Source of the DNA: Candidatus Bathyarchaeia archaeon
GTDB lineage: Archaea; Thermoproteota; Bathyarchaeia; Bathyarchaeales; Bathycorpusculaceae
Length of the DNA stretch: 64,000 bases
NCBI GenBank assembly: GCA_049969855.1
Contig: JBMFOB010000005.1
Coordinates: 1 to 64,000 of the forward strand
Direction: 5' to 3'
Shown: piece by piece, positions 21,201 to 29,225 of the stretch
How the letters are laid out: every line of letters starts with the position of its first letter
Numbering within the stretch: the stretch's first letter is position 1
Position numbers and translations under genes: made by a program
Notes under the pieces: generated by a model
Database searches by the model: none
Told to the model about the DNA's origin: nothing
Seen by the model: only the letters and a program-made list of their open reading frames with translations

Positions 21201-21302
21201 AGAGCTAAAAAAGTTTACATACGTGAAAAACGCGGAGAAATCAGTGCTGAGTGGCATGAGCATCAACTTGATGACAAGAAGGTTTACATTGCTATTTCTT
21301 AG
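18270..21302 (+). CDS. ileS: Isoleucyl-tRNA synthetase
   Basis: EGPPTLNGIPHVGH, GWDCQGLPVE, WTTMPFT, WCISRER, EGIDQTRGW and KMSKS. Confidence 0.97.
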   Translation: MTAKFQANSEKWLTTDYRPLEIEKEIREFWKRNQTQKKLMAFREKNNIGFSGWVEGPPTLNGIPHVGHVRGRVMKDLRYRWKTMQGYFMPFWAGWDCQGLPVELEVEKLLGVKNKRELLERVGEELFIEECKKAIMKYHREWVEADEKLGIFIDQERAYWTYKDDYIEREWQYLKRAWEQGLLEEGYYVVAYCPGCQTSLSSAEVGYEDSYREVEDPSLYFKFKVADSEKEYFLVWTTMPFTIVTDTLLAVHPEAEYARVRVGEEVWIMVSQRVEAVMQELGIEKYEVIGTVTGKSLEGTRYEYPLKDLVPKLAELEKVHELVHRVICEDFVDVNTATGVVHQSPGNGEEDFFAAQKRGVPIFAPFDDEVRFTAEAGAFHGVFARDADKMVIEELRKRGLLVKVETIKHEYPTCWRSHHKLVWLARREYFLRTDKINSKVVEAAEKVEYFFEGPKNRFLSFLKEGKPWCISRERVWGTPLPIWRCEKCGAKTIVGSKKELLERAIEKPQGYFELHKPWVDRITMKCEKCGGTMHREPFVLDTWHNSGASPYARFTDEEFAKYVPTDFLTEGIDQTRGWANSLLLEHVILTGKAEAPYKAFLFQGLAQDAKGRKMSKSLGNVIEANKLLEKHSADICRFYTLRKCSPVDFINFDMQELNRRPYQVLSTLYHLNRFFVQNAEYDGFNPQKHTLKWALEEKQLKNPELWLLSKLQNAIKEYTSKLETCEFNFALATLEDYVIETLSRLYVPMVRKELWTDDPETLNRRLAIYATLWHVLKTLTLLFNPVTPYLSEALYQKIYRKLDPTLPESVNFEGWPKPEEKLLNEALEEDFQTLFKCVSMVYSARQSAKLKRRWPLRRAVVVAPEKVCKALKNFDELFLELSNVKAAEYMQETPEYTSFDGWTSTSEDNIKVFLDIHRDESLMGEGLMRDIARRVQSLRKELGYVPTDVLEAVHIAELDKESVKLLRPYLKEMEELVRAKKVYIREKRGEISAEWHEHQLDDKKVYIAIS

Positions 21303-22224
21303 GATCGAGCTTGCAACATTTAAAATGGATAACTCTAATTTTGTCTGTTCCTTGGAAAGGAGTCCCATCCAAGAACTTGCCAATAAGCGTCAGTGAAACT
21401 TTTACAGACTTTTTAGCGCAAACCGTTTCATTCAAAGACGCTTTTATCAGTTCTATGACTGCTGTTCTATTAAATTTCAAAACAATCAAATTATAACACT
21501 CACAAATCTTATAATGCCTTTGGTCTGCGGGCACCGTTCCATTTAATAATATTGATGAAATGTCAATGTCCGTTACATCGTATTCTTTTGGCACTTTAAC
21601 AATGGCGGTAATCCACCTTCCCCTGCTCTTAAGGTTCAGCGTTCTCGGACAATAATGCACCCAAACATTTACAGGCGTTAGCGCGGCAACGACAAGATCT
21701 TGGAAGTCCGCATCGCCCAATCCCCACAAGTCTTCCCAAGCAATTATGTATCCAGACGCATTTGGATTCACAAAAACTAAAGCATGGTCTTTTCCATCTC
21801 CGTTTCGCCAAGCTTCTGTGTAGAAGTAGCCTTCTGGCGAGCCTAAGCATAAGCCAAAGGTTCCATTAGCAAGGAAATAGGTGGTGTCGTTTACGGTGTT
21901 TTCTCCAAGAAACAAAAGATGCAATTTCTCATCGCCAACTAAATACCAGCTCAAATTGTTTATAGGCGCATAAGCGGCAATTTCAGCCAAAATGCTAACC
22001 CTATAATATCCAGCTGCAAATGTTTCAATTCCAGTTTCATCGTTTGTGACGTTAATGGCGTATCCATGCTCATCAAACCATTCCTGCAGAGTTGGTTCGC
22101 CATAAATCGTTGAACCCGATGGAGATGCATCAGCAATGGAGTTAACTGTTGAACCAAAGCTAACCAGTTCAAAAAGAATTAAAGTTACCAACAACAAGCT
22201 AATGGTTAGCAGGAGTTTTCTCAT
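21292..22224 (-). CDS. Secreted hypothetical protein (DUF4114-like)
   Basis: Signal peptide; WEDLWGLGDADFQDLVV motif; PRTLNLKSRGRWITA C-terminal module. Confidence 0.65.
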   Translation of the reverse strand: MRKLLLTISLLLVTLILFELVSFGSTVNSIADASPSGSTIYGEPTLQEWFDEHGYAINVTNDETGIETFAAGYYRVSILAEIAAYAPINNLSWYLVGDEKLHLLFLGENTVNDTTYFLANGTFGLCLGSPEGYFYTEAWRNGDGKDHALVFVNPNASGYIIAWEDLWGLGDADFQDLVVAALTPVNVWVHYCPRTLNLKSRGRWITAIVKVPKEYDVTDIDISSILLNGTVPADQRHYKICECYNLIVLKFNRTAVIELIKASLNETVCAKKSVKVSLTLIGKFLDGTPFQGTDKIRVIHFKCCKLDPKK

Positions 22225-22357
22225 TCTCAGCCTTCTCCACCATAAAATTTGTTTAGATAAATAAAAACACTAAAGGAATAATGTTACAGAAGAATCCTCT
22301 ATACGCATATACTATCAGAAACTCTAAATTCAACCAACAAACATCATTCATTAAAGA

Positions 22358-22432
22358 GGGCCGGTAGATCAGTCTGGTATGATCGCCGCCTTCGCAAGGC
22401 GGAAGCCGCGGGTTCAAATCCCGCCCGGTCCA
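22358..22432 (+). tRNA. tRNA-Ala(CGC)
   Basis: Acceptor gggccgg/ccggtcc with G3:U70; anticodon arm ccgcc-ttCGCaa-ggcgg; T-loop ttcaaat. Confidence 0.95.
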
Positions 22433-22468
22433 CAAATTAACGCATAAAACCATAATGGAGTTTAGAGC

Positions 22469-22768
22469 ATGGAAGTTGAATGCTTTCCTAGACTTTCAAA
22501 AGAACAGCAGAAAGTTTTGCCAAAAAATTATCGTCCTCCTCCAATTGAAGGAATGTATTCTGTAGATGAAGAACATCCAGAAGGTATCATTTACGTGTAT
22601 GTGGGCTACTGCGATTGGGAAAAGAACTTTGACAATTGCTTAAAAGAATTCATTTTGACAATATTCCACGAAGCCATGCACATCATGATTCCAGAAATAG
22701 GAGACTACATACCATACGCAGAAAAAATATTAGCTGACATTCTCGACAGAAAACCTAAAAGAAAGTAA
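22469..22768 (+). CDS. Small hypothetical protein with HExxH motif
   Basis: 99-aa ORF between two tRNAs; TIFHEAMH. Confidence 0.65.
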   Translation: MEVECFPRLSKEQQKVLPKNYRPPPIEGMYSVDEEHPEGIIYVYVGYCDWEKNFDNCLKEFILTIFHEAMHIMIPEIGDYIPYAEKILADILDRKPKRK

Positions 22769-22775
22769 TTTGAAA

Positions 22776-22854
22776 TGGCGGGCCCGGTGGGATTTGAACC
22801 CACGTTCTCCGGCTCCGAAGGCCGACGCCTTAATCCGTGCTGGGCTACGGGCCC
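22776..22854 (-). tRNA. tRNA-Arg(TCG), CCA encoded
   Basis: Reverse complement gggcccg...tcggc-ctTCGga-gccgg...ggttcaaatccc...cgggccc-gcca. Confidence 0.95.
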
Positions 22855-22938
22855 TTCTGGAGAAGAGATTAGTTAATAAGTGTTTAAAAGACTTCGGAAA
22901 ATCCTTAAAAATGGTTGTTGATTAATATTTTGTTGTTT

Positions 22939-23030
22939 GGGCCGGTAGCTCAGCTTGGTTGGAGCGTTCGGCTGATAATGGCTGTTTAGCGGAAACCGAA
23001 AGGTCGAGAGTTCAAATCTCTCCCGGCCCA
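22939..23030 (+). tRNA. tRNA-Ile(GAT) with 17-nt intron at 37/38 (22978-22994)
   Basis: gggccgg/ccggccc acceptor; ttcgg-ctGATa-[atggctgtttagcggaa]-a-ccgaa; T-loop ttcaaat. Confidence 0.9.
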
Positions 23031-23039
23031 TTATTATTG

Positions 23040-23213
23040 TTATTTTTCTTTTTTCTTTTCTTCTTCGCCTTTTACGCCTTTTACCAAGCCTTTTCCGACG
23101 CCCTTTACTATTCCGAAGCCTTTCTTTACGCCTTTGCCTACAACTTCGCCTGTTTTTTCTGCTGCTGCTTCAGCTTTGCCTTTTTCTTCCTTCTTCTTTT
23201 CCTTCTCGCTCAT
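23040..23213 (-). CDS. 57-aa Lys/Gly-rich amphipathic small protein
   Basis: Manual translation MSEKEKKKEEKGKAEAAAEKTGEVVGKGVKKGFGIVKGVGKGLVKGVKGEEEKKKEK; strong SD AGGAGGTGA upstream. Confidence 0.75.
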   Translation of the reverse strand: MSEKEKKKEEKGKAEAAAEKTGEVVGKGVKKGFGIVKGVGKGLVKGVKGEEEKKKEK

Positions 23214-23338
23214 AATAATTCACCTCCTATAAAGTGGCAATATGTTGTTCTGTTTATTTGGAGTTAAAACTTTCGAAATACTCGTTCTTAGCAAGTTTTA
23301 AATTCGCTTTGCAACATAAAAGTAGGAATGGTGATTAT

Positions 23339-23776
23339 GTGCCTAAAGATGAAGAAATTTTGGAAGTTTTGAAGGAAATTAAGGCTTTGTTGGAACCGAA
23401 ACCTGCGCCACCAGCACCGCCGCCGCCTAAGGGTTTGTGGAACGAGTTCATAGATTTTATTTCTAAGTATAAAGTGTTGGGTTTGGCTGTGGCTTTCATT
23501 ATGGGTGTTTATGTTGGTCAAGTTATCCAGTCGCTTGTTAAGGACTTGTTGATGCCGCTTATAGGTTTGGCAATCCCGGGTCTTGGAAACCTGTCCACTT
23601 TTAAAATTGCAGTTCCGCCAACAGCTTTAGATGCTGAAGGAAAACCGATTGACCCGACATGGACGGGACAGTTGTTTGGAATTGGAAACTTTTTGGTGGC
23701 TATAATAACATTCATAATCGTTGCCTTCGTCATTTTCCTAATTGTGAAGATAACTAAGAAGTGGGGCATCGAATAG
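23339..23776 (+). CDS. mscL: Large-conductance mechanosensitive channel family protein
   Basis: EFIDFISKYKVLGLAVAFIMG, SLVKDLLMP and GNFLVAIITFIIVAFVIF; GTG start at 23339. Confidence 0.9.
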   Translation: MPKDEEILEVLKEIKALLEPKPAPPAPPPPKGLWNEFIDFISKYKVLGLAVAFIMGVYVGQVIQSLVKDLLMPLIGLAIPGLGNLSTFKIAVPPTALDAEGKPIDPTWTGQLFGIGNFLVAIITFIIVAFVIFLIVKITKKWGIE

Positions 23777-23781
23777 CGCAG

Positions 23782-23967
23782 TTAAACTTTTGAAAAACTT
23801 CCCACTTTCCGCATTTCAAAAGTTTCCGTGTCCTCGTTTTTTACGTATGCCTTTAGTCCTAGTCTTATTAGGTGTTCTATGAATGTGCTGCGTTTTTCTC
23901 TTCCTCTGAGTTCTTCTATTTCTTTTAGGAGTTTTGAGTCTATTGTTAAGCCAATATGATGCTTCAT
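23782..23967 (-). CDS. Ribbon-helix-helix protein
   Basis: IGLTIDSKLLKEIEELRGREKRSTFIEHLIR pattern. Confidence 0.7.
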   Translation of the reverse strand: MKHHIGLTIDSKLLKEIEELRGREKRSTFIEHLIRLGLKAYVKNEDTETFEMRKVGSFSKV

Positions 23968-24058
23968 TCTTTATGCCTCGTGTATTTTGTATATTTATTA
24001 TACCGAAAAGCTTTATTAGTCTTATCCTACAAGTTATACTTTCAGCGAGAGTGTTTAA

Positions 24059-24502
24059 ATGAAGACTTTGAGGATTTCGGATGATGCTCATCAGAGGTTG
24101 ACGGCTTTGCTTGGCGAGTTGACGGCTCAGACGATGAAGATGCAGACTTATACTGATGCTATAGAAAGTCTTCTTTCGCAGTCGGTGATTTTGCCTCCTG
24201 AGCTTCTTAATCAGATTGAAAGTTTCATTGAGGAGAATAGGCATTTGGGGTTCACTACACGAGAGGAGTTTATTAGGGATGCTGTCCGTTGGAGACTCCG
24301 CTTTTTGAGGGAAGAGTATGAGTATATTGAGATTCCGAGGGATGAATGTGAAAGGGTTATGCAGGCTATAAGGGATATGGAGTTGCCCTTTTTAAGTGTG
24401 AGCGAGTTTGTGGAGCAGCAGATTAAGAATTTGTTGGAAAAATATGCGGAATATAGCAAGCAGAAGGAGGCTTATGAGAGAAGGAGCAGAAAAAGAGAAT
24501 AG
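24059..24502 (+). CDS. Multi-RHH (CopG/Arc-like) DNA-binding protein
   Basis: KTLRISDDAH, then VILPPELLNQIE...TTREEFIRDAVR, then a third similar unit. Confidence 0.75.
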   Translation: MKTLRISDDAHQRLTALLGELTAQTMKMQTYTDAIESLLSQSVILPPELLNQIESFIEENRHLGFTTREEFIRDAVRWRLRFLREEYEYIEIPRDECERVMQAIRDMELPFLSVSEFVEQQIKNLLEKYAEYSKQKEAYERRSRKRE

Positions 24503-24511
24503 TCAAAAGCG

Positions 24512-24760
24512 TTACTTTTCGTTTTCGCGGCTTCTTAATTGGGTTTCGACTGGTGTAAGCGCCTTTTTTATTCCCAAGTGAATGATTAGGCTCGTTAGGA
24601 TTATTACGCCTGTTAGGATGGAGTATATGGCGAGGGTTAAGAGCTGCTTTTTTATGGCGTCGTCTATTGATTGGAGGGATAGGAAGGAGAAGTAGAAGGT
24701 TAGGAATATGCAGAACGTGAGAATGGCTACGGCTGCGGATTCAACCTTCAACTGACGCAC
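24512..24760 (-). CDS. Small two-TM membrane protein
   Basis: Two hydrophobic helices in an 82-aa ORF. Confidence 0.6.
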   Translation of the reverse strand: MRQLKVESAAVAILTFCIFLTFYFSFLSLQSIDDAIKKQLLTLAIYSILTGVIILTSLIIHLGIKKALTPVETQLRSRENEK

Positions 24761-25068
24761 TTACTCCATCAATTAAAGCATAAGTTATATGCAATCAAAA
24801 GACTTTATGGATTCAAAATCTTTAGGCTAATTAAAGATTGAAAAATAAAAAGAAGGGGCAATTTATTGGATTGTTGGGTTTTTCTGTTTATTTTGAGCAG
24901 GATTTCTTCTTTTCTTCTTTCTTTTTCTTCTTTTCACACACTTTTAATTCACCCATTTAGCCAACAATATTTTCGTGAAGTTTTATAATAAAAGCTTTGT
25001 TGTAGTGGGTTAAAGCGCAAAGTAAAAGTGAAGGTTTCCGTATATTATAGTGGAATGTGAATTATAGC

Positions 25069-25176
25069 GTGAGCAAGCCTAGACTTTTTGACAGACCTGA
25101 ATGTAGGAATTGCATTTTTAAGGGTGGAAGCTACTGCTGGAACCAGTGTCCATACAATATTTGGCGAAGACCATAA
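25069..25176 (+). CDS. Putative 35-aa Cys-rich peptide
   Basis: Manual translation MSKPRLFDRPECRNCIFKGGSYCWNQCPYNIWRRP (CxxC...CxxxC). Confidence 0.4.
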   Translation: MSKPRLFDRPECRNCIFKGGSYCWNQCPYNIWRRP

Positions 25177-25211
25177 ATGTTGTAGAAGCAAAAGAAGCAT
25201 GGTTGTTAAGG

Positions 25212-25316
25212 ATGAGAAAGTTGAAGTGAGAAAACAGGATAGAAAGGTTTAGGCAAATTGCCGAAAGGTTAGTTTCGAAAATGGCTTCTTTTGATGGTGT
25301 TTGGGGGATTGTTTTT
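25212..25316 (+). pseudogene. 5' remnant of a probable nucleotidyltransferase-domain gene
   Basis: MRKLK*ENRIERFRQIAERLVSKMASFDGVWGIVF: in-frame TGA, and similarity ends before the expected G-x-x-x-RG...SDxD motif. Confidence 0.45.
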
Positions 25317-25329
25317 GCTCCAAAGAATG

Positions 25330-26763
25330 TTACTTTTTCCAGAAGAGATAAACTTTTGTTTGAGCCAAAAAACCAAGCGTCTTTAACGCTTTAGCCAAAC
25401 CCTCATCACTAAACCCTCTAATTTTCGCTATAAACTCTCCATGCGTTGGATAGGCTCCACCAGAAGCCATAAGCCGCTTCCTCACAGACGCTTCACGCTT
25501 AGAAAGCTTTTCCAAAATTTTTACAATTTTAGCCTTCCCAACACGCCTAATCATTAACAAATTCTGCTCCACACTTCCAAGCATGGCTGGATTAAAACCT
25601 AAAAGGTAAAGCCTATCCAAAGCCCACAAAACCCCTTGGCTTGGTTTGCTTTCAGCTATTTTTTGCATTCCAGCCCTTTCAAAAAATGGGTTATACCGTG
25701 CCATAACAGCCAAAGCCTCAACGTAGGGCGTTCCAGCTAAAGGCAACGTTTCACGCACGAGCTTTGCGCCTAAGCCTATTGTGCGATATTTTGGATGCAC
25801 AACAACCCGCGATATAACACTAACATCCCTCTGCAGTTCCGAAAAACTGCCCCTCCAAACCTTGCTTCGTCCAAAACAGAAGGGCGGCGGAAAACTGTAA
25901 ACAATAACTCCGCATAATTCGCTATCACGCTTCAAAACAAAAACCCTACGCGGAGGCGGACACCGATTTGAACGATAATGGAAAAGGCTTAAACGCTTAT
26001 AATCGCTAAAACTGCCCTCTTCAACACGCATCTCCCTCGTTAAGCTACATTCCTCAACTGGCTCATTCGCATAATAGTTCACAGTTATTTCCCTTCCAAA
26101 ACGCTTGTGAATATGCACAGAAGGCTTCAAATCCTCTAAAAGGTCTGTATGCGTAGTCGCAACAATAACCGCTTTGCCCATCAGTCTCGCAATTTTTTGA
26201 ATGTTAAAAGCCACAATCTTAGCCATATCACGGTCAAGAACGCTGCAAAACTCGTCGGCAAACCACCACTGCTTATTACTCTCCATAAGCTTAGCAATCT
26301 TGTAACGATACCTCTGCCCATCACTTAACTCGCTAAAACGTCTAACAAAAAGGAAGGCATCATTCAAACCAGCACGGTTCAAAAACTCTAAACCTTCACT
26401 GAAGTTTCTGCCAACCGTGTCGATTAAGGGCTTGTCTGGTTCTGGCTGGATTTCAGCCAAGTCGATAGCGCTATCGCCCAAATCTCGCCTCAAAGCCCTT
26501 AGCAAGACGCTTTTGCCAGAACCACTATCACCAGTAATGTAAACAATATCCCGCTCGCCAATCTTCAACTCAACATTATCGTAAACCACAAAACGCTTAT
26601 GCTCATCCAAACCCAAACCGAAAGCTTCAGCAACCGCTAAAGTGCGAGGTGTCGGCTGAGCAGCCGTTTCATAGGCAACGTTTATTATGAATTTTCCTTC
26701 TCGGGCATCATAACGCCTTTTAAAATGGCGAATCCTAAAAAACTCTGTTTTACGCGTTTTCAT
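25330..26763 (-). CDS. ABC-type ATPase fused to GNAT acetyltransferase (COG2401-like)
   Basis: GDSGSGKS, LSDGQRYR, FADEF and ATTH; C-terminal VVVHPKYRTIGLGAKLV acetyl-CoA motif. Confidence 0.88.
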   Translation of the reverse strand: MKTRKTEFFRIRHFKRRYDAREGKFIINVAYETAAQPTPRTLAVAEAFGLGLDEHKRFVVYDNVELKIGERDIVYITGDSGSGKSVLLRALRRDLGDSAIDLAEIQPEPDKPLIDTVGRNFSEGLEFLNRAGLNDAFLFVRRFSELSDGQRYRYKIAKLMESNKQWWFADEFCSVLDRDMAKIVAFNIQKIARLMGKAVIVATTHTDLLEDLKPSVHIHKRFGREITVNYYANEPVEECSLTREMRVEEGSFSDYKRLSLFHYRSNRCPPPRRVFVLKRDSELCGVIVYSFPPPFCFGRSKVWRGSFSELQRDVSVISRVVVHPKYRTIGLGAKLVRETLPLAGTPYVEALAVMARYNPFFERAGMQKIAESKPSQGVLWALDRLYLLGFNPAMLGSVEQNLLMIRRVGKAKIVKILEKLSKREASVRKRLMASGGAYPTHGEFIAKIRGFSDEGLAKALKTLGFLAQTKVYLFWKK

Positions 26764-28199
26764 CTTGACACGCCTAAAACTTGATGCTTCAACAATTTCT
26801 TCCTCAACCGCTCCAATTTCGCTTTACCCGCAGAAGCCAAACGTGGCAAAACCCAAAGTTTAGGAGCGCTCAGTCCTCTTGTGGCATATATGGCTAGGGC
26901 TAAACTCCAAAACCTGTCATCGTGAGCGCCTTCAGGATGATTGAATTTTATTTTACCTTCCTTTGTTAACTCGAAACGTTCAACATTTAATTCTGCAATC
27001 AAATCGCTGTCATATGGAATTTTAAGCCTCTTTTCTGTCATGCATTTTTTGAGCCATTCAGCCATTTTCTCCTTTGTTTCCTGCGTGAACTTTACACCTT
27101 CTGTTTGGCTTATTCCAGCGTTTACCATGTCTTCGGTTATGTAGTCGCCTACGCCTGTCATGTCAACAAGAACCTTCATTATTTTTTGCCATCTGTCGCA
27201 TAAGGTTTTTACATAGCCAATAACGCTTGCGTATGGAGTGTGTAGCGGAAAACGGTGCATGTGGATTAATTTTATAGAAGAATCTTCCATTTTCACTATG
27301 GCTAAGACGCTGTAATCCTGATGTTTGCCCAAGTCTAAACCAGCGTAAAACTCGCCCTTAACGGCTTGGTTAAAATCTGCATATTCGAGTTGGCTGTCAA
27401 TGCAGCTTGTGATTAAGGCTTGCGATAACCAAACGTTTTCGTCTTCAGCCCATTCCGCCTCCATTTCACGGCGCCAACGCCACGGGTCGCCTTCCAACTG
27501 CCTCTTAATCTTGTCTAAAATTTTCTTTTTTAATGGTCCTTTTGGCTCAACGGCATCTTGCCATGAAACGTGACTTTTTGCGAAGTCGCTGAAAGCTGGG
27601 TCATGCCAAATTTTGTAAAATATGGAATCCGTCGTCCAAGGTGTTGAACTGCAGATGAATTTTCCGTCTGTTGTGCCGAGCGTGAAAAGCACGGCATCAT
27701 ATAATTCCTCATCTTTTGCTATAAAATTCATTTCATCACAATAAACCAAATTTAATGTTGGACCGCGGATGGTTTCTGGATTGTTTGGAAAAGCCTCAAT
27801 TAGGCTGCCGTTGCTAAGTCTAACCATGGTGTGTAAAGGCTTTTCATAAAGGCTTTTGGGCAATTTCCTCAAAAAAGCATTGATTCTCCGTATAACAAGT
27901 TTGGTTTGACGCCAGCTTGGACCTACTACTCCTATGTAGTTTTTTGGGTTTTTGAGGGCATGCCATAAAAGTAGGGCTGCGATAGTGTGGCTTTTTCCAC
28001 TTTGGCGACACCATCTGGCAGCTACGAACTGGTTTTGTTCGAAAAGCCTTATGAGTTGTTGCTGGTAGGCTGTTGGTGTAAAGCCTAAAATTTTTGTGCA
28101 GAATTCAATTGGGTCTTGGGGGATTTGTATAATGGCACTTTGGACTTCAGCAAGGCGCTGTTCCAGTTTGTGTAGTTTTTGTTTTTGCTGCTGCTTCAT
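26760..28199 (-). CDS. terL: Terminase large subunit
   Basis: PTAYQ, CRQSGKS, IRG, LVYCDE and SSTP; nuclease GLDLG, D-x-TGVG and HDD. Confidence 0.95.
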   Translation of the reverse strand: MKQQQKQKLHKLEQRLAEVQSAIIQIPQDPIEFCTKILGFTPTAYQQQLIRLFEQNQFVAARWCRQSGKSHTIAALLLWHALKNPKNYIGVVGPSWRQTKLVIRRINAFLRKLPKSLYEKPLHTMVRLSNGSLIEAFPNNPETIRGPTLNLVYCDEMNFIAKDEELYDAVLFTLGTTDGKFICSSTPWTTDSIFYKIWHDPAFSDFAKSHVSWQDAVEPKGPLKKKILDKIKRQLEGDPWRWRREMEAEWAEDENVWLSQALITSCIDSQLEYADFNQAVKGEFYAGLDLGKHQDYSVLAIVKMEDSSIKLIHMHRFPLHTPYASVIGYVKTLCDRWQKIMKVLVDMTGVGDYITEDMVNAGISQTEGVKFTQETKEKMAEWLKKCMTEKRLKIPYDSDLIAELNVERFELTKEGKIKFNHPEGAHDDRFWSLALAIYATRGLSAPKLWVLPRLASAGKAKLERLRKKLLKHQVLGVSR

Positions 28200-28440
28200 T
28201 TACTAGTTCCTCCAGTTTTGCCAGATCTTGGTCAATTTGGTGTTCGTCGAAGCCTTTTGCTATGCTTTGGATGACTTGCGCTGTGTAGGCTGCCACTCGT
28301 GCCCAGGCTTGTCTTTGTTTTATGTTTAGGGTTTCCTTGTTTACGGTTGTTTCGCCTTTTGCCATGCTCACAGCGTTTTCAAAAATGGCTTGGAGGTCTT
28401 CTAGGATTTTCTCCCTAATCCTTTGGGTGTCAATCTTCAC
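28147..28440 (-). CDS. Putative terminase small subunit
   Basis: Helical ~100-aa ORF overlapping the 5' end of terL; positional inference. Confidence 0.5.
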   Translation of the reverse strand: MKIDTQRIREKILEDLQAIFENAVSMAKGETTVNKETLNIKQRQAWARVAAYTAQVIQSIAKGFDEHQIDQDLAKLEELVNEAAAKTKTTQTGTAPC

Positions 28441-28519
28441 TTTTTCCTTTAGTTGGGCGATTTTGCGGGTTATGAAAAATGGACGGGAAAATTTTGGTAT
28501 TTTCTCTACCCCCTCCCCT

Positions 28520-28750
28520 CTAGGTTTTTTGTGCTAGGAATATTCCGCTTACTGTGCCAGTTAAGCCCGTTATTGCGGCGAAGATTTCGCTGTTCCACCT
28601 GCCAAGAAAGGCCATGTGGACGATTTCTAAAGCGGAAAGGCATAGGGTCATGGCTATGGCGAATTTTACGCCGTAGACTAGGCGCGTTTCTGGCGGGATT
28701 TCGCCTCTGCGGGTTCTTCTTGTTAAAGCCTTTTTAATCCAGTCAGCCAT
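28520..28750 (-). CDS. Small two-TM membrane protein (holin-like)
   Basis: Basic N-terminus plus two hydrophobic helices, within the virion operon. Confidence 0.55.
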   Translation of the reverse strand: MADWIKKALTRRTRRGEIPPETRLVYGVKFAIAMTLCLSALEIVHMAFLGRWNSEIFAAITGLTGTVSGIFLAQKT

Positions 28751-29141
28751 GGTTTTTCACCGTTTTCTGTTTTTTCTTGCCACTAACTGTTGCGCGTTTG
28801 CCTCCAGCTAGAAAACTGTTGAGCAGCTGCTTAGCCTCTTCAGGTGAAACATGCGCTTTAGCTATTAGGGTTATGTTGGCTGTCCAAGCTGTTGGAACAG
28901 CCGTATAATCAATGTCGTATACGCCGTCGGCATAGCGGAAACTGTTTTGGGCTAGGATTATGTGCTTGTTTTTGGCTCCTAAAACGCCGAGGAAAATGCC
29001 CCAACTAGTAACAGGAACATCAATACCATTCAAACCACCGCCTAGGCTTTTGCCAATACTAGCATCAAACCATTCAACACGAACCAAATCACCCAAGCTT
29101 AAACCTTTAACTTGTTTACTAACCTCCTTCATCTTCATCAT
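28743..29141 (-). CDS. Hypothetical virus-type protein (VEWxDA motif)
   Basis: LVRVEWFDA...SWGIFLG; overlaps the next gene. Confidence 0.7.
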   Translation of the reverse strand: MMKMKEVSKQVKGLSLGDLVRVEWFDASIGKSLGGGLNGIDVPVTSWGIFLGVLGAKNKHIILAQNSFRYADGVYDIDYTAVPTAWTANITLIAKAHVSPEEAKQLLNSFLAGGKRATVSGKKKQKTVKNHG

Positions 29142-29225
29142 CAAACAAAACAAAAAGAAAAACCGAATATAAAGAACAGCGAAATTTATAAATTTATTAA
29201 TTTATTCCCAAAATTTTCGAATTAC

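Noticed and set aside
22253-22453. 66-aa minus-strand ORF
   Set aside because: Antisense to tRNA-Ala.
22959-23267. 102-aa Phe-rich + strand ORF
   Set aside because: It overlaps tRNA-Ile and is the antisense shadow of the Lys-rich minus-strand gene, which has a strong SD.
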